Sequence record: MN871449.1
Length of the DNA: 64,000 nt
Strand: one strand, 5' to 3'
Made by a program: the position numbers and the translations under genes. Below are positions 15,102 through 25,561 of the stretch, piece by piece. The notes under the pieces were generated by a model. It had not been told where the DNA came from, did not search any database, and saw only the letters and a list, made by a program, of their open reading frames with translations. Every line of letters starts with the position of its first letter. Position 1 is the stretch's first letter.

Positions 15102-16826
15102 TTAACCCTGAGCCTCGCTGGCCGATACCTTGGATAGCAAACCGGTCAGACCTAACGTCATTAAATTCGTCAGTGGCTCCGACCCCGCTTCCGTAATCTT
15201 GTGTTGCGCAAGGATAAAAAAACCCACAGCAGGGTTAAACGGAACAATGATTGTCGCTTCCCCGGTCTTCGAGAGATAGAACTTACCACAGGCCGGGCAA
15301 TTGACGTTAGGGAAACCAATGATAGTGCAGATGGCGTCATTGATGAAATCATTGATTGCCACGATTAAACCGTCACTGGCTTCGAAGTCACCCGAAATAT
15401 AACGCATGATATCGAGGATAGCATGGGAATCGGTAACAATCCCGTAGTTATCCGGGTTACCTTTTTCGTTGGTGTTCGGGATACGAATCTCACGAATGAA
15501 GTGCATGAACCGCGCTGTCTCTTCCGTGTTAAGAATTGACTTCATGCTCTGACCACGACGATAGTCATCGGTGATATCATCGCGCAGCGTTTCGGTTAAC
15601 GCACGGGAAACCGAAGTGATATACTCTCGACCTGACGTTAAGTACTCTTCGATCGTCGGCGAACGGAAGGTGAAGGTACGTTTGTTCCATTCCCATTTCT
15701 GGGTATTGAGGATTTGGAACTCTTCTTTGTATTTCTTCAGTTCTTCCAGCGTTGTCTTATGGCTAATCCCTTTGGCCATCTGACGGATCTGAACCTGCGT
15801 CAAACGCGACTCATCAACGAAACGCATACGGAGAAGGTTTGCTTTGACGTGACTCACACCACGGCAGCTCGGGCACGGAATGGCGATCTCACAACCGTCC
15901 GGGAATGCTGCTAATGCCATACCCCAGATCAGGTTGTCGATATCAAAGAAGTCAATAACCTCTTTTAATTCCATCGGGGATTTCGCAATCGGGATATTGG
16001 TTTCTACAACGAGTTTCAACGCCGCGTCAACGAGAATCTCGTCAAAGATCAAACGGTCATTGGCCCCAATCGCCCCAAAGACTTCCAGACCCAGCTCTTC
16101 ACGCGAGAAGGCTAAGGCACGGTCGATATCCGCTAAGAATGCAGCCGACGGTGCACGGAGTTTCACCCAAAAACCAGAGTGCCACAGCGGTACCGTGACA
16201 GGACGACCCAGGTTAGTTCCGGCAGTGAACATATCGATCGCATCGATACCTGAAACTTTGGTCGCCGGCTGATCAAAGATCTTATACGCACTGCGGTAAT
16301 CGCAAAGCGGAATTGCTGTCGTCGGGTTCTCGATCTGAGTCTTCCACTTTGCTCCGTTACGGATCGCCGCTTTCAGAAGACCGTTTCCGGGATACGCTGA
16401 ATCCGTCGCGTTACGAGTCGAGAGAATCCATTCAAGGTCTTCGTTAGTGACGTTATTCAAACTTTCTTCAAACGTCTCTGCGTCAGCACGCGTCGTGGGT
16501 AATACACTTAACGCTGCAATGCCGCGTTGATTAGGATCGATCCTGACAAAGATAGGGCGAGTCGGATCAATCACGATTTTATTCGGTTCGACGTCAAAGA
16601 GAAGATGTTCTTCTTCTTCTTTCTCTTCCGTCTCTTCTTCCGGTTTGGTTTCTTCTTCCGCCGGAGTGACAGTGTCTTCCTGAACAGTCTCATCGGAGAC
16701 TGCTACCGGTGCTTCCTCAAACACGTCGTCAGTGATAACGTGTTTGGTGACCGGAATACCTACACCCGTGGTAGGGATAGTAGGGGTTTCTTCAGTACCG
16801 GACTGTTCGTTTTCAAAATCAGACAT
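15102..16826 (-). CDS. Conserved phiKZ-like protein (gp77-like position), possible baseplate/tail assembly chaperone
   Basis: Acidic N-terminus, CPSC and CPAC zinc pairs. Function inferred from a loose resemblance to hub assembly chaperones only. Confidence 0.6.
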   Translation of the reverse strand: MSDFENEQSGTEETPTIPTTGVGIPVTKHVITDDVFEEAPVAVSDETVQEDTVTPAEEETKPEEETEEKEEEEHLLFDVEPNKIVIDPTRPIFVRIDPNQRGIAALSVLPTTRADAETFEESLNNVTNEDLEWILSTRNATDSAYPGNGLLKAAIRNGAKWKTQIENPTTAIPLCDYRSAYKIFDQPATKVSGIDAIDMFTAGTNLGRPVTVPLWHSGFWVKLRAPSAAFLADIDRALAFSREELGLEVFGAIGANDRLIFDEILVDAALKLVVETNIPIAKSPMELKEVIDFFDIDNLIWGMALAAFPDGCEIAIPCPSCRGVSHVKANLLRMRFVDESRLTQVQIRQMAKGISHKTTLEELKKYKEEFQILNTQKWEWNKRTFTFRSPTIEEYLTSGREYITSVSRALTETLRDDITDDYRRGQSMKSILNTEETARFMHFIREIRIPNTNEKGNPDNYGIVTDSHAILDIMRYISGDFEASDGLIVAINDFINDAICTIIGFPNVNCPACGKFYLSKTGEATIIVPFNPAVGFFILAQHKITEAGSEPLTNLMTLGLTGLLSKVSASEAQG

Positions 16827-17247
16827 TGACAGTTTCCTTTTGGTTAATGCGTTTTTCTACAATCTCCGCGATCTCTGCCATCGGCGCAATCACGTCTTCA
16901 GTGATCATTGAAATAAATTCAGCAGCACGTCCAACCAAATCGGCGAAGTGCTCTTCTTCCTTTTTACCCGGTGTCGCAACCAGCGTTTCGAAATCGGTTT
17001 TCAGTTCTTCGAGCGTCGTTCGAATAGAGGGTGCTTTCTCTGCGATCTTCTTGATCTCTTCTTTCCCTTTCAGGATTTCCCCTAAAGAAAGAGTTTTTTC
17101 ATCTAAGGCGTCGAACTGCACTACTATAGTGGCGGCTTCGGAGAGTAACTTCGGTGATTTCCGAATAATGTCATTGATGTATTGAAACCCGTGTAACTTC
17201 ATGTAACCGGGCTTTTTAGTGGGTTTCTTCTTACGTGCTTTAGACAT
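16819..17247 (-). CDS. Hypothetical protein (basic N-terminus MSKARKKK, helical)
   Basis: GAGG RBS before ATG at 17247; overlaps the next gene's start. Confidence 0.75.
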   Translation of the reverse strand: MSKARKKKPTKKPGYMKLHGFQYINDIIRKSPKLLSEAATIVVQFDALDEKTLSLGEILKGKEEIKKIAEKAPSIRTTLEELKTDFETLVATPGKKEEEHFADLVGRAAEFISMITEDVIAPMAEIAEIVEKRINQKETVNV

Positions 17248-17325
17248 GTCATTTGCCTCAGTTAGAAAAAGATTTTCATTCAAATTACGCTTACTGTGAA
17301 TTAAAATTTACATAAGGGCTCAATA

Positions 17326-18165
17326 ATGCTGATCGACAATTTACTCAACTATCTGACACGTACGGTGTCAGAAGCCAGAGTTTCAACATATAAAGTTGTA
17401 CTGCCGTTTTTGTATCGTTTAGACCCGGGTACGTTCGAGCTACAATTTAACCAGTTTACCACCTACCTCGATGAGTTTACGACGGTAGACAACGTCGCGC
17501 AATTCGATCAGATCGTCACCGACCTGTTGGCAGAAGGCATTGAGGAGTTCGGTCTATATCTAAGCGACGACCAGCCGCTTTACGGTAAACTCGAGCTCCT
17601 CGCAAAGATTTGTCAAGCGTTATACCACGTCGATTCACACGAGGATCTTCAGTCGGTTAAATACGCATTAGAAATCGCTGAAGACCCCAAAGAAAAAATC
17701 GCCGAAGTACTGCACGTGGTGGATAATACACTTGATCCTAATCAGATTCTTGAACTTACCGCCGAAGTCTCACCTTCATTGCTTTATCGCCTCCGAGATT
17801 ATCTCAACGAAATGACCTATCGCTTCCCCGAAGACGATTCGATTGACACCGCTCTGGTTGAAAGAACAAAGAACGCCCTGAATTTCTACGGAATCGAACG
17901 AGCAGTGCGTTTCTTCAAAGACGGCGGTAGTGTAGGTGAGCCATTAACTAATTTCCTGGATTATTACTTTTCAGAGGAAAAGAATACACCGGAGGTTATC
18001 GGTAAGTTAGCGGTTTTCTCTGCGATTGCTGCTGGTATTCCGAACGATAAAATCAAAGAGCGTATTGGCGAAGAACTGCCGCATTATTTCATCGACCCAA
18101 AAACGCTATTAACAATTTCAAGAATTGTGACTAAATTACCACTCCCGGAGTTTGACCATGCTTAA
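17326..18165 (+). CDS. phiKZ gp79-like virion-associated protein
   Basis: 279-aa ORF coupled directly to the vRNAP beta' gene, as in phiKZ-like synteny. Confidence 0.65.
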   Translation: MLIDNLLNYLTRTVSEARVSTYKVVLPFLYRLDPGTFELQFNQFTTYLDEFTTVDNVAQFDQIVTDLLAEGIEEFGLYLSDDQPLYGKLELLAKICQALYHVDSHEDLQSVKYALEIAEDPKEKIAEVLHVVDNTLDPNQILELTAEVSPSLLYRLRDYLNEMTYRFPEDDSIDTALVERTKNALNFYGIERAVRFFKDGGSVGEPLTNFLDYYFSEEKNTPEVIGKLAVFSAIAAGIPNDKIKERIGEELPHYFIDPKTLLTISRIVTKLPLPEFDHA

Positions 18166-19525
18166 ACGCGATTATTTATTAACTGCTCTGAACTACGGCA
18201 GTTTCCTTTATAAAGGATGGGTCATCGATGCTTTTGGTATCGTCAACTACCCGGAGAAAGACCCTGAGCGCAGACCGAACGGGAAGTACCCGCTTTACTT
18301 TAAAGATGAACCCCGTCGCGAAGATTTCGAGGAATACCCCTTTCAACTTTTCCAGGAAGACGGTCAGGTAGTCTTCTTTAATCCCTTCAGTAAAGAATGG
18401 GAAGTTCTTCAAGGTGCTGAACCAGGTATCGCCCCTTTCCGGTTCAAAGACAAAATTGATTTAGAACCAGGCGACCTCGTCAACGTAAAAGAGAAAGTCA
18501 CTACGCTTGTAGGGAATGTCATGGTTAACCAAACGGTACTTTGTTACCCTTTCAAAGACCGTATTCCTTTTATAGCGGGTGAGATCAAAATAGGCAAGAT
18601 CGAAGATAAGATTGCTGAACTGTTAGAAACACCCCCGGAAGACCCCAGTGAACGCGATCCACAGAAGATCTATACTGATGAACTGGAAAGTAAATACTAT
18701 CCGGCCGCTTTCTCTTTAACGGGCTGGTGTCAGCTCGCAACACCCGCTGCAACACCCTACACGATCGTTACTGCCCCTGACATGGCAAAACGCCGTACGG
18801 CACTGTACGAACAGTATAAGGACCAACTTGACGATCCTGCGATTGTCGCCAAAATCATGTCCGAACTGATCAAGTACGATATCGAATTCCAGTCCCAAGA
18901 CCCCGAGAAAGGATTCCTGAGACCCGGTTCTAAAGACTTCGATGTCGTCCGTGCTAAGGCTTATATCTCCCACGCTATCGAATACGACTTTGAAAACCGA
19001 AACAAAATCACGGTTATTCAAAACCCGCTGTCAGAGCAATGGGATATCAATAAACTTCCGGAGATGGCGAACTCCCTTATCGACGGTTCCTTCAACCGAG
19101 GCGCTATGACCGCCTTAGGGGGCGAGGCCGCTAAGTTCATTGGTCGCTTCTTCATGAACACGGCTATTGCAGAAGACGATTGCGGTTCCAGACTTGGGCT
19201 GGAGCACACGGTAACGAAAGAGAATGAGGAAGGTTTTCATTGGTCTTACTTCTTTGATGAGAAGAACGTACTCACTCTCATGACGCCAGAGATCGCTGCT
19301 GCCTCACACGGGAAACGTTATTTGTTCCGCTCACCGCTTTTTTGCCACACGACCGACGGTAACTTCTGCGTGAAGTGTATCGGGAAACGTTTCGAGAATA
19401 CGAAGACCGCTTTAGGGGCATTGGCTACGGAGGTCGGATCGATAATAATGGGTATCCAGATGAGTGCGATGCACGGTCGATCTTTAAAAGTGGAGAAGTT
19501 TGACTGGAAGAGTGCATTGAAGTAA
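18152..19525 (+). CDS. rpoC: Virion RNA polymerase beta' subunit fragment (phiKZ gp80-like)
   Basis: beta' motifs AEDDCGS, RSPLFC..., FCVKCIG and GALATEVGSIIMGIQMSAMHG (cf. [21 protein letters not shown]). Confidence 0.9.
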   Translation: MTMLKRDYLLTALNYGSFLYKGWVIDAFGIVNYPEKDPERRPNGKYPLYFKDEPRREDFEEYPFQLFQEDGQVVFFNPFSKEWEVLQGAEPGIAPFRFKDKIDLEPGDLVNVKEKVTTLVGNVMVNQTVLCYPFKDRIPFIAGEIKIGKIEDKIAELLETPPEDPSERDPQKIYTDELESKYYPAAFSLTGWCQLATPAATPYTIVTAPDMAKRRTALYEQYKDQLDDPAIVAKIMSELIKYDIEFQSQDPEKGFLRPGSKDFDVVRAKAYISHAIEYDFENRNKITVIQNPLSEQWDINKLPEMANSLIDGSFNRGAMTALGGEAAKFIGRFFMNTAIAEDDCGSRLGLEHTVTKENEEGFHWSYFFDEKNVLTLMTPEIAAASHGKRYLFRSPLFCHTTDGNFCVKCIGKRFENTKTALGALATEVGSIIMGIQMSAMHGRSLKVEKFDWKSALK

Positions 19526-19572
19526 ACCCGCAATAGAAAGACGATTCTTTGTCGATACTAAAGACACAATCG

Positions 19573-19604
19573 CTACTGGAACCCCGTTAAGGGTTCCAGT
19601 AGCC
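19573..19604. terminator. Bidirectional hairpin terminator
   Basis: GCTACTGGAACCC/GGGTTCCAGTAGC between convergent genes. Confidence 0.75.
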
Positions 19605-19634
19605 TCTCTGTGCCGTTACTTTTCTTTTTTGATA

Positions 19635-21371
19635 TCAATCCTCAAGTTTAATTCCCTTCGCCTTACAGAAGCGCTGAAGCATCTGTAATTGAGTAGGCGC
19701 TTTACAGAGCTTTGTCACAATTTCGACGGAGTTGACCCTCCCTGCACACAAGTTCAACCCTGCCCGTCTTTGTTCCTCGAAATCGACCCCAATGATTTTA
19801 CACATCGCCCGTTTCGTGGTTTCTTGCGACAGGTTCATCCATACCCCAGTAGAAGGATAGGAAGACTTAACGTCGATGTCCAATACCCACTTAACGATCT
19901 TAGTGAATGTACCCGGGTGCTCTTTAAGGACTTTGTTCCCCATCTCTTCGTGGATAAGATGCGCTGCTAACGTAGAGATCCAACCATCGAGTGGAACCAG
20001 ATGCTTGTCGAGCTCTTTCTCCATCTTATCGGACGTACCCGTTAAGACGTACCCTTTCTCTAAGAGATCAAAGTAAAAGTCATCAGCAAGTTTACGACCT
20101 TGAGAACCGTACGACTGCAGTTCACTGAATCCGCATTGAGCAGGAAACGTAGAACGTAAGTCTTCTGTTTTCTCGTCGAGGAGTTGGGCACCGATGTTAT
20201 CGAACATGTTGTAAACGCAGTAGAAAACTTTTTCTTCGCGCTGCATGTGTTTGTGCCAGTCGATCCCGGTGGAACGAACGCCCTTATCGCCTTTCAACTT
20301 ACCAAAACCCAATTCCTTGTACAGAATGTCGCCTAAGGCATAAGAGGGTTCTTTGTTCAGGTGTTTACGAACAGCACGACGAACAGACATCTGGTCAACC
20401 CAGAAGAAGTGCCCTGGAGATTGAACACGGTGCCAACGGTCACATGGGTCTTTTGATTCCCCTACGCCGTTCGCGTCAAAGATCTTCGCTTCGCCTTCTT
20501 TGAGGTTAAAGAACTTAAACTCGTCAGGGATAGAAGGATCATTGAAAACGTACTCACGTGGGATATTCCTCCGGTCTAATGCCTGCATCATCTTTTTGGT
20601 ATCGTAAGGTAGGTTCCAAATCGATAGCATATCAGGTTTTAAGACATTGTGGAGAATATTAAAGATCCATTGTACCGCATCAGCTTCGTCAGCGGCTTCG
20701 TAGATTTCGAGGTCAAAATGGTGATGAATCTTTTTATCTTTAAACTGCTTTATCTTCTGATCGACTTCGCGAAGGATAGGGACAACTTCCCTTTCGTAGC
20801 ACTGTTTGACTTTCTCAACGAAATCAATACTCGTTCCGATATAGGCTTTAGTGATCGCTTGAAAGACACGGTCACCACAGGACACCGAGATCATGTTGAT
20901 ACTGTTCGTTCCGTCGACCACGTCAAATTCAATATCGAGATGCGCGACACGGTATAAACTTTTAAGGTGCGGGAATTTCGTCATGTACTGATGTTTGATC
21001 AGAACAGAACTAGTGATATCAGTACCAAAAAGATATGGGTTGCGATTGAGTGTTTTTACGCCGCCTCTACCGGTTTTTAATTTGCGTTGAATATCAGAGG
21101 CTAAGGATGATTGCGTGCACTCGTAACGGCGCAGATTATCAAGGCTTTCCCAAACACGTTTTTCTTTGTACTTACGTTGGCTCTCACGAGTAACGTAATA
21201 AGGACGTTTAAAATCTTTGATAAAACGAAGATTAGGGACTTGTTCTTTATTTTTAAGATGAATAATTTCTTTAACGACTAATAGGTCGCTTCCAGGCGTA
21301 TTGGCAGACTGAACAAAAAAGGAGTTTTTAAACTCATAACCTTCAATGTCATCGCGCTTAATATTTTTCAT
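19635..21371 (-). CDS. Family-B DNA polymerase part (3'-5' exonuclease plus motif A), phiKZ gp82-like
   Basis: ExoI HLDIEFD, ExoII WNLPYD, ExoIII YNMFD, Pol motif A LDIDVKSSYPS; no KxY or YGDTD motifs in this ORF. Confidence 0.88.
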   Translation of the reverse strand: MKNIKRDDIEGYEFKNSFFVQSANTPGSDLLVVKEIIHLKNKEQVPNLRFIKDFKRPYYVTRESQRKYKEKRVWESLDNLRRYECTQSSLASDIQRKLKTGRGGVKTLNRNPYLFGTDITSSVLIKHQYMTKFPHLKSLYRVAHLDIEFDVVDGTNSINMISVSCGDRVFQAITKAYIGTSIDFVEKVKQCYEREVVPILREVDQKIKQFKDKKIHHHFDLEIYEAADEADAVQWIFNILHNVLKPDMLSIWNLPYDTKKMMQALDRRNIPREYVFNDPSIPDEFKFFNLKEGEAKIFDANGVGESKDPCDRWHRVQSPGHFFWVDQMSVRRAVRKHLNKEPSYALGDILYKELGFGKLKGDKGVRSTGIDWHKHMQREEKVFYCVYNMFDNIGAQLLDEKTEDLRSTFPAQCGFSELQSYGSQGRKLADDFYFDLLEKGYVLTGTSDKMEKELDKHLVPLDGWISTLAAHLIHEEMGNKVLKEHPGTFTKIVKWVLDIDVKSSYPSTGVWMNLSQETTKRAMCKIIGVDFEEQRRAGLNLCAGRVNSVEIVTKLCKAPTQLQMLQRFCKAKGIKLED

Positions 21372-21497
21372 AACGGGCTGGTTCCTGAGTCAAACTTTCA
21401 AGGTCTACAGGAATAGATAGCGTCTTCTTTTTGGAGCGTGTCGCTTTCTTGTGTAACCCTTCCTTTATGGTAGCGCTTTCCCCTGAGGAGCCACGAA

Positions 21498-22799
21498 ATG
21501 TTAGATGAAAAAATTACCCGACTCTCACTGCCTGCATTTGAGTCAATTGACTTTCAGGGCTACGACCCTGTTTGTAAGAAACTGATCATTACGATAGAAG
21601 ACTACCGTACAGAGAGTAACGGTGAGGTAAATGAAAAAGTAAACAAAGCATTCTGCACGATTTTTCAACGAATCCTGAGAGACCGTTTCAAACTGAAAGG
21701 ACTCACGTTCCAAATAATCCCGGAAAGAGGTTTCAACGCCATCGCCCAAACCCCGTCTATTGTTAAAAACAGCGTGATGGTCAGAACGTACAGCAATCAA
21801 CTTGGTCACGCGGGTGCCGGTAAAGCCGCAATAGATAAGAACCTCAATAATGGGGTAGGTTGGGTGAACCGTGCCACAGCGACAGTAGGCGGGTTTTTCC
21901 AGGAAATGCCGTGTTCGGTGATGGTGACCCAAGAGTTAATCTCTAGCCCGGATGTTAACCCAGACGAAGTGGTCGCTATCATTCTCCATGAAGTCGGTCA
22001 CATCTTTACGTATCTCGAGACCCTGGCTTATACTTTCAGTACCTGCTTTATCCTTGTTGATACAGTTAAACGTCTTGAGAAATCGAATTCACCAGAAGAA
22101 AAAGTCAAAATTCTGATGAGCGTGGAAAACTTCTCCGGGATTAAAATCAGCAATCTTGATGTCGTCGCCGAGGAAGACATCAATCCTGACGTATTGGCCA
22201 TTTCGATTTTCTCTGATATTTACGACCAAACGAAGTCTGAATTCGGTGCCAGCATTTACGACATGCGATCATGGGAGAGTCTGTCCGACCAATTTTCTTC
22301 CCGTATGGGTTTGACCGTACCGCTGGCCACTGGGTTGGATAAAATCCAAAAGAACATGACCGAGAAAACACTCAAAGATCATTTCCAGTTATGGGGAATG
22401 AAAATTATTCGGTTCTTCTTCATTCTTGGTTTTGCGGTAAACAAGTTCGGTTTTAACTTCCGTAAATACATTGAACTACTGGTACTTTTAATCAAACCCG
22501 TAGATCGCGTTTACGATAAAGCAGACGAGCGTTTAGAAAGGCTACGTCAGGATATTATCCAACGGATGAAAGAACCTGGTCTTCTGCCTGAAGAACGTGT
22601 GGAGCTGAGTCAGAATATCGATGTTATTGCCAATCTGAAAAGTAATCTCGATGAAGAAAGCTATTATGAAAAACTCTGGTTGTTCTTCTCGAGTAAGTTA
22701 CGCGACCAAAAAGAAAAACGTATCTTACTGCAAGATCTCCAAGCCGTGGCGAATAACAATCTCTTCGCTGCTGCGAATTTACTCAACACGTTGAAATAA
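21498..22799 (+). CDS. Virion head protein with a zincin-like HExxH motif (phiKZ gp84-like)
   Basis: AIILHEVGH; N-terminal AFE putative cleavage site; first gene of the head cluster. Confidence 0.7.
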   Translation: MLDEKITRLSLPAFESIDFQGYDPVCKKLIITIEDYRTESNGEVNEKVNKAFCTIFQRILRDRFKLKGLTFQIIPERGFNAIAQTPSIVKNSVMVRTYSNQLGHAGAGKAAIDKNLNNGVGWVNRATATVGGFFQEMPCSVMVTQELISSPDVNPDEVVAIILHEVGHIFTYLETLAYTFSTCFILVDTVKRLEKSNSPEEKVKILMSVENFSGIKISNLDVVAEEDINPDVLAISIFSDIYDQTKSEFGASIYDMRSWESLSDQFSSRMGLTVPLATGLDKIQKNMTEKTLKDHFQLWGMKIIRFFFILGFAVNKFGFNFRKYIELLVLLIKPVDRVYDKADERLERLRQDIIQRMKEPGLLPEERVELSQNIDVIANLKSNLDEESYYEKLWLFFSSKLRDQKEKRILLQDLQAVANNNLFAAANLLNTLK

Positions 22800-22805
22800 G
22801 GATTA

Positions 22806-23267
22806 ATGATGAATCGTCAATTCGTCCAAGACATCGTTGAACCGCTGACTAAAGTGGTTGGTGTCGACAAAGTCAGACTTTCTCTGGCACTGGCTATCGG
22901 TTTGGGGTACGCCTTACCTTTACCTAATGCCGCCGTTGAAAACCCGGCAGTTTGGTACCAGGAACAATACCGTTGGAAGGTCACCCAGTTTGTTTCTGAA
23001 TTTAACGAACGTTTCTTGGTGGATATTAATCTGGTACAGGCCGGCGTTCACGAAGTGTGGTTAGGACGCTACCGTGCCTGTCATGTCCATACCCAAGCCG
23101 AGGTGGAAGCGGTACTGACCGGTAATACGCCTGCTGCGGTATTCCTGGCGCAATACGCAGGTGACGGGATGGACTACTCGGTTGTTGCAAATGCCGCCTT
23201 CTTATTGAAGGACAAGATCACCCCGGTTATTCTCGATATGTCGCGTCCGGGAGCGGCAGTGAAATAA
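22806..23267 (+). CDS. Virion structural protein (phiKZ gp85-like position)
   Basis: ORF in the head operon; assignment by synteny. Confidence 0.6.
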   Translation: MMNRQFVQDIVEPLTKVVGVDKVRLSLALAIGLGYALPLPNAAVENPAVWYQEQYRWKVTQFVSEFNERFLVDINLVQAGVHEVWLGRYRACHVHTQAEVEAVLTGNTPAAVFLAQYAGDGMDYSVVANAAFLLKDKITPVILDMSRPGAAVK

Positions 23268-23279
23268 GGGTTTAAAAAG

Positions 23280-24299
23280 ATGACCATCACTACGTTGGAA
23301 TATCAGCGCCCGCATTTCCCTCCTGGTCTTCGTTGTCGAATCGCGGAGATGGTCAGTGATAAATCTACGGATACTGAAGCGCAATCGAGCGCTTCAGTGC
23401 TCGATGTCTTTTTACCGAAGATACATTACGTAGATGAGGGACTTGCGTTATTCTTTAGCGCCAAGAAAGCACTCGATAATCTTATCGAACAGAATACCTT
23501 AATCAATGATTGTCTGGTGTACATGCGAACGGTTCGCCCGCATACGCCGATTGATGATCCGGGTTTAAAAGTTGCGATTCAGGCACTCAATGCGAAACGC
23601 ACTGGGTTCACTGATCAATTTTATCGTAACGGTGTTTTGGTTGAAGAGTATTTTTCGGCCGTTAAAACGATCTACATGGATCTCCCTGACCTTATTCAAG
23701 GAACACGAAGTTTTTCTTCCGGGGTAATCCATCCGTTACTCGATAACGACCCAGAACTCATTGCGGAAACCTTCTCGAATTTAGAGAAATGCCGCGACCA
23801 GAATTACCACAAACATTTTGATTTACATTGCCGTCAATTACGGAACCGTGACGTCAGCGAATCGCTTCTCCCTACTATCGAAGAAAACTTCATCCCAACC
23901 TCAGGTAACGAAGTCTGTTGGCCAAACAGTTATTTGACCAATGACCCTATTCAGAACCTCAGAGAGTTTATCCCGGAAGTTATTCGAGAAGGCGTAGATG
24001 AAGTTAAATCCCAGGTTTTGGCGCTTCGTTTCAATATTGTAAAAAACACGCTAATTAAAACTTTACTGGCCGAAGCGAAAACACCGTTGCTCCAAGCTTG
24101 GACACGGACAGCCGAACAGATTCGTCTTTTAATGTTCCTTTTGGATACGCACCTTTCTGTCCAAGAGAGCGCTCTAACGATCCAGCGTCAATATCTAAAA
24201 TTACAATTAGATGCAGAGAAAGATACCGCTCTAAAAGCCGTCATTATGATTAAGCTGAAACCCATTTTAAGCGAGAACCAAGACAATGGAAACGAATAA
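23280..24299 (+). CDS. Virion structural protein (phiKZ gp86-like position)
   Basis: ORF in the head operon; assignment by synteny. Confidence 0.55.
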   Translation: MTITTLEYQRPHFPPGLRCRIAEMVSDKSTDTEAQSSASVLDVFLPKIHYVDEGLALFFSAKKALDNLIEQNTLINDCLVYMRTVRPHTPIDDPGLKVAIQALNAKRTGFTDQFYRNGVLVEEYFSAVKTIYMDLPDLIQGTRSFSSGVIHPLLDNDPELIAETFSNLEKCRDQNYHKHFDLHCRQLRNRDVSESLLPTIEENFIPTSGNEVCWPNSYLTNDPIQNLREFIPEVIREGVDEVKSQVLALRFNIVKNTLIKTLLAEAKTPLLQAWTRTAEQIRLLMFLLDTHLSVQESALTIQRQYLKLQLDAEKDTALKAVIMIKLKPILSENQDNGNE

Positions 24300-25521
24300 T
24301 CAAATTGTGAAGCCGGTACCCGGCGTATTCACGTTTGTCGGTGAGGACGGTAAAAATCTCCGCGATATCGTCATGGAGTTAAATAACCAGTGGTCGTTTT
24401 ACATGGTGAAACGTGTGGGTGACGATGCGCAACTTGAGGCACTGGAAGAGACACTCGAAGATGTGGAGAAGAACGGTGTTGATCGTGCCAGTATGGCGGC
24501 AGTGGAAGCTCTGAATATTCTCCCCTTCCCCGATCATTACCCGACTAACTCTTATACCCTGAAGCGTTCCAAAACACAACAGAACGTCGCCTGTGAAGAG
24601 ATCATTAAACAGATCGGTCATTCCATTTTAAGCATGATCAAACGGGCGTTAAAATGGGTGGGTGAGAAAATCAAAGCCTTTGGTGAATTTTTTAACAAGG
24701 CAATCGGGAAGGTCAAACGGGAAGAGACTGATGCGTTTCTGAAAAAGGTTGACGAACTGGGCTTCCAATTTAAGATGCGCAGCAAAGAAGAAATCGTTAA
24801 CGACGAAAAGCTTTCCCCTATCGCTGCTGCCATCAACGATAACTACAGCCAATATAGCGCCAGGGCGATCACGGATACAAACTTGCACAAAGCACTCGGT
24901 GCCTTTATTAGACATCCGGGTAAAATCGTTGACTATCTCGAGACGAACGTGGACCGCCTTGAAGCGTTAGTGAAGGCTGTAGTAACTGGGAAGTGGGACG
25001 AGGGTCACGAGATCACTTCCGCAGAGAGCACCGGGTTTAAGTCAACGGATCTCGAGAAGATCTTTAAGTTGTTGAACGCAGAAGGCGACAGCACACTGGA
25101 AAAAATCAAAAGTGGTTATCAAACATTGGCCGATCTTAAAGAAGTCGCCGTCAATAATGATATTGCTTTTGACAGCACCAAGATCGCCGACCTTTGTAAA
25201 CATGCGTACGATAACTTAAAAGTCGAAACCTCCCTGTTACTGTTCAGCGATGCCGATGGTGATCGAATCATTGCGGTTTCAAAGCGGGTACATGCTTCAT
25301 TGTCAGCGACCGAGAAGTTAGTTGAGCAGTCGAAATATAACGACCGTGATAAAACCGTTGTTCAGCAGATCCGTCACGTCAGTGAACACGTCCATGAATG
25401 TTTGACCATTCTGCAATTTGTGACGGACGTCTCGCTGGACTTTTACGATGACAACCGCCGCTGGTTGAAACGACTTTACATCTACATGGTTAGTGCACAA
25501 CCCGAATCTACCGATGCGTGA
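24286..25521 (+). CDS. Internal head/ejection protein family member
   Basis: ALE/AVE/ACE protease-type sites followed by the 'EEIIKQIG..ILSMIKRALKWV.EKIKAF' helix typical of phiKZ-like inner-head paralogs. Confidence 0.7.
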   Translation: METNNQIVKPVPGVFTFVGEDGKNLRDIVMELNNQWSFYMVKRVGDDAQLEALEETLEDVEKNGVDRASMAAVEALNILPFPDHYPTNSYTLKRSKTQQNVACEEIIKQIGHSILSMIKRALKWVGEKIKAFGEFFNKAIGKVKREETDAFLKKVDELGFQFKMRSKEEIVNDEKLSPIAAAINDNYSQYSARAITDTNLHKALGAFIRHPGKIVDYLETNVDRLEALVKAVVTGKWDEGHEITSAESTGFKSTDLEKIFKLLNAEGDSTLEKIKSGYQTLADLKEVAVNNDIAFDSTKIADLCKHAYDNLKVETSLLLFSDADGDRIIAVSKRVHASLSATEKLVEQSKYNDRDKTVVQQIRHVSEHVHECLTILQFVTDVSLDFYDDNRRWLKRLYIYMVSAQPESTDA

Positions 25522-25524
25522 TAA

Positions 25525-25556
25525 ATAGACTGAGAGGCGAATGCCTCTCAGTCTAT
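25525..25556. terminator. Bidirectional hairpin terminator
   Basis: ATAGACTGAGAGGC-GAAT-GCCTCTCAGTCTAT. Confidence 0.75.
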
Positions 25557-25561
25557 GTGCT

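Noticed and set aside
14698-16826. Lambda G/GT-like programmed frameshift joining the two chaperone-like genes
   Set aside because: No slippery heptamer seen at the end of the upstream gene, and the downstream ORF has its own TTG start and purine-rich RBS.
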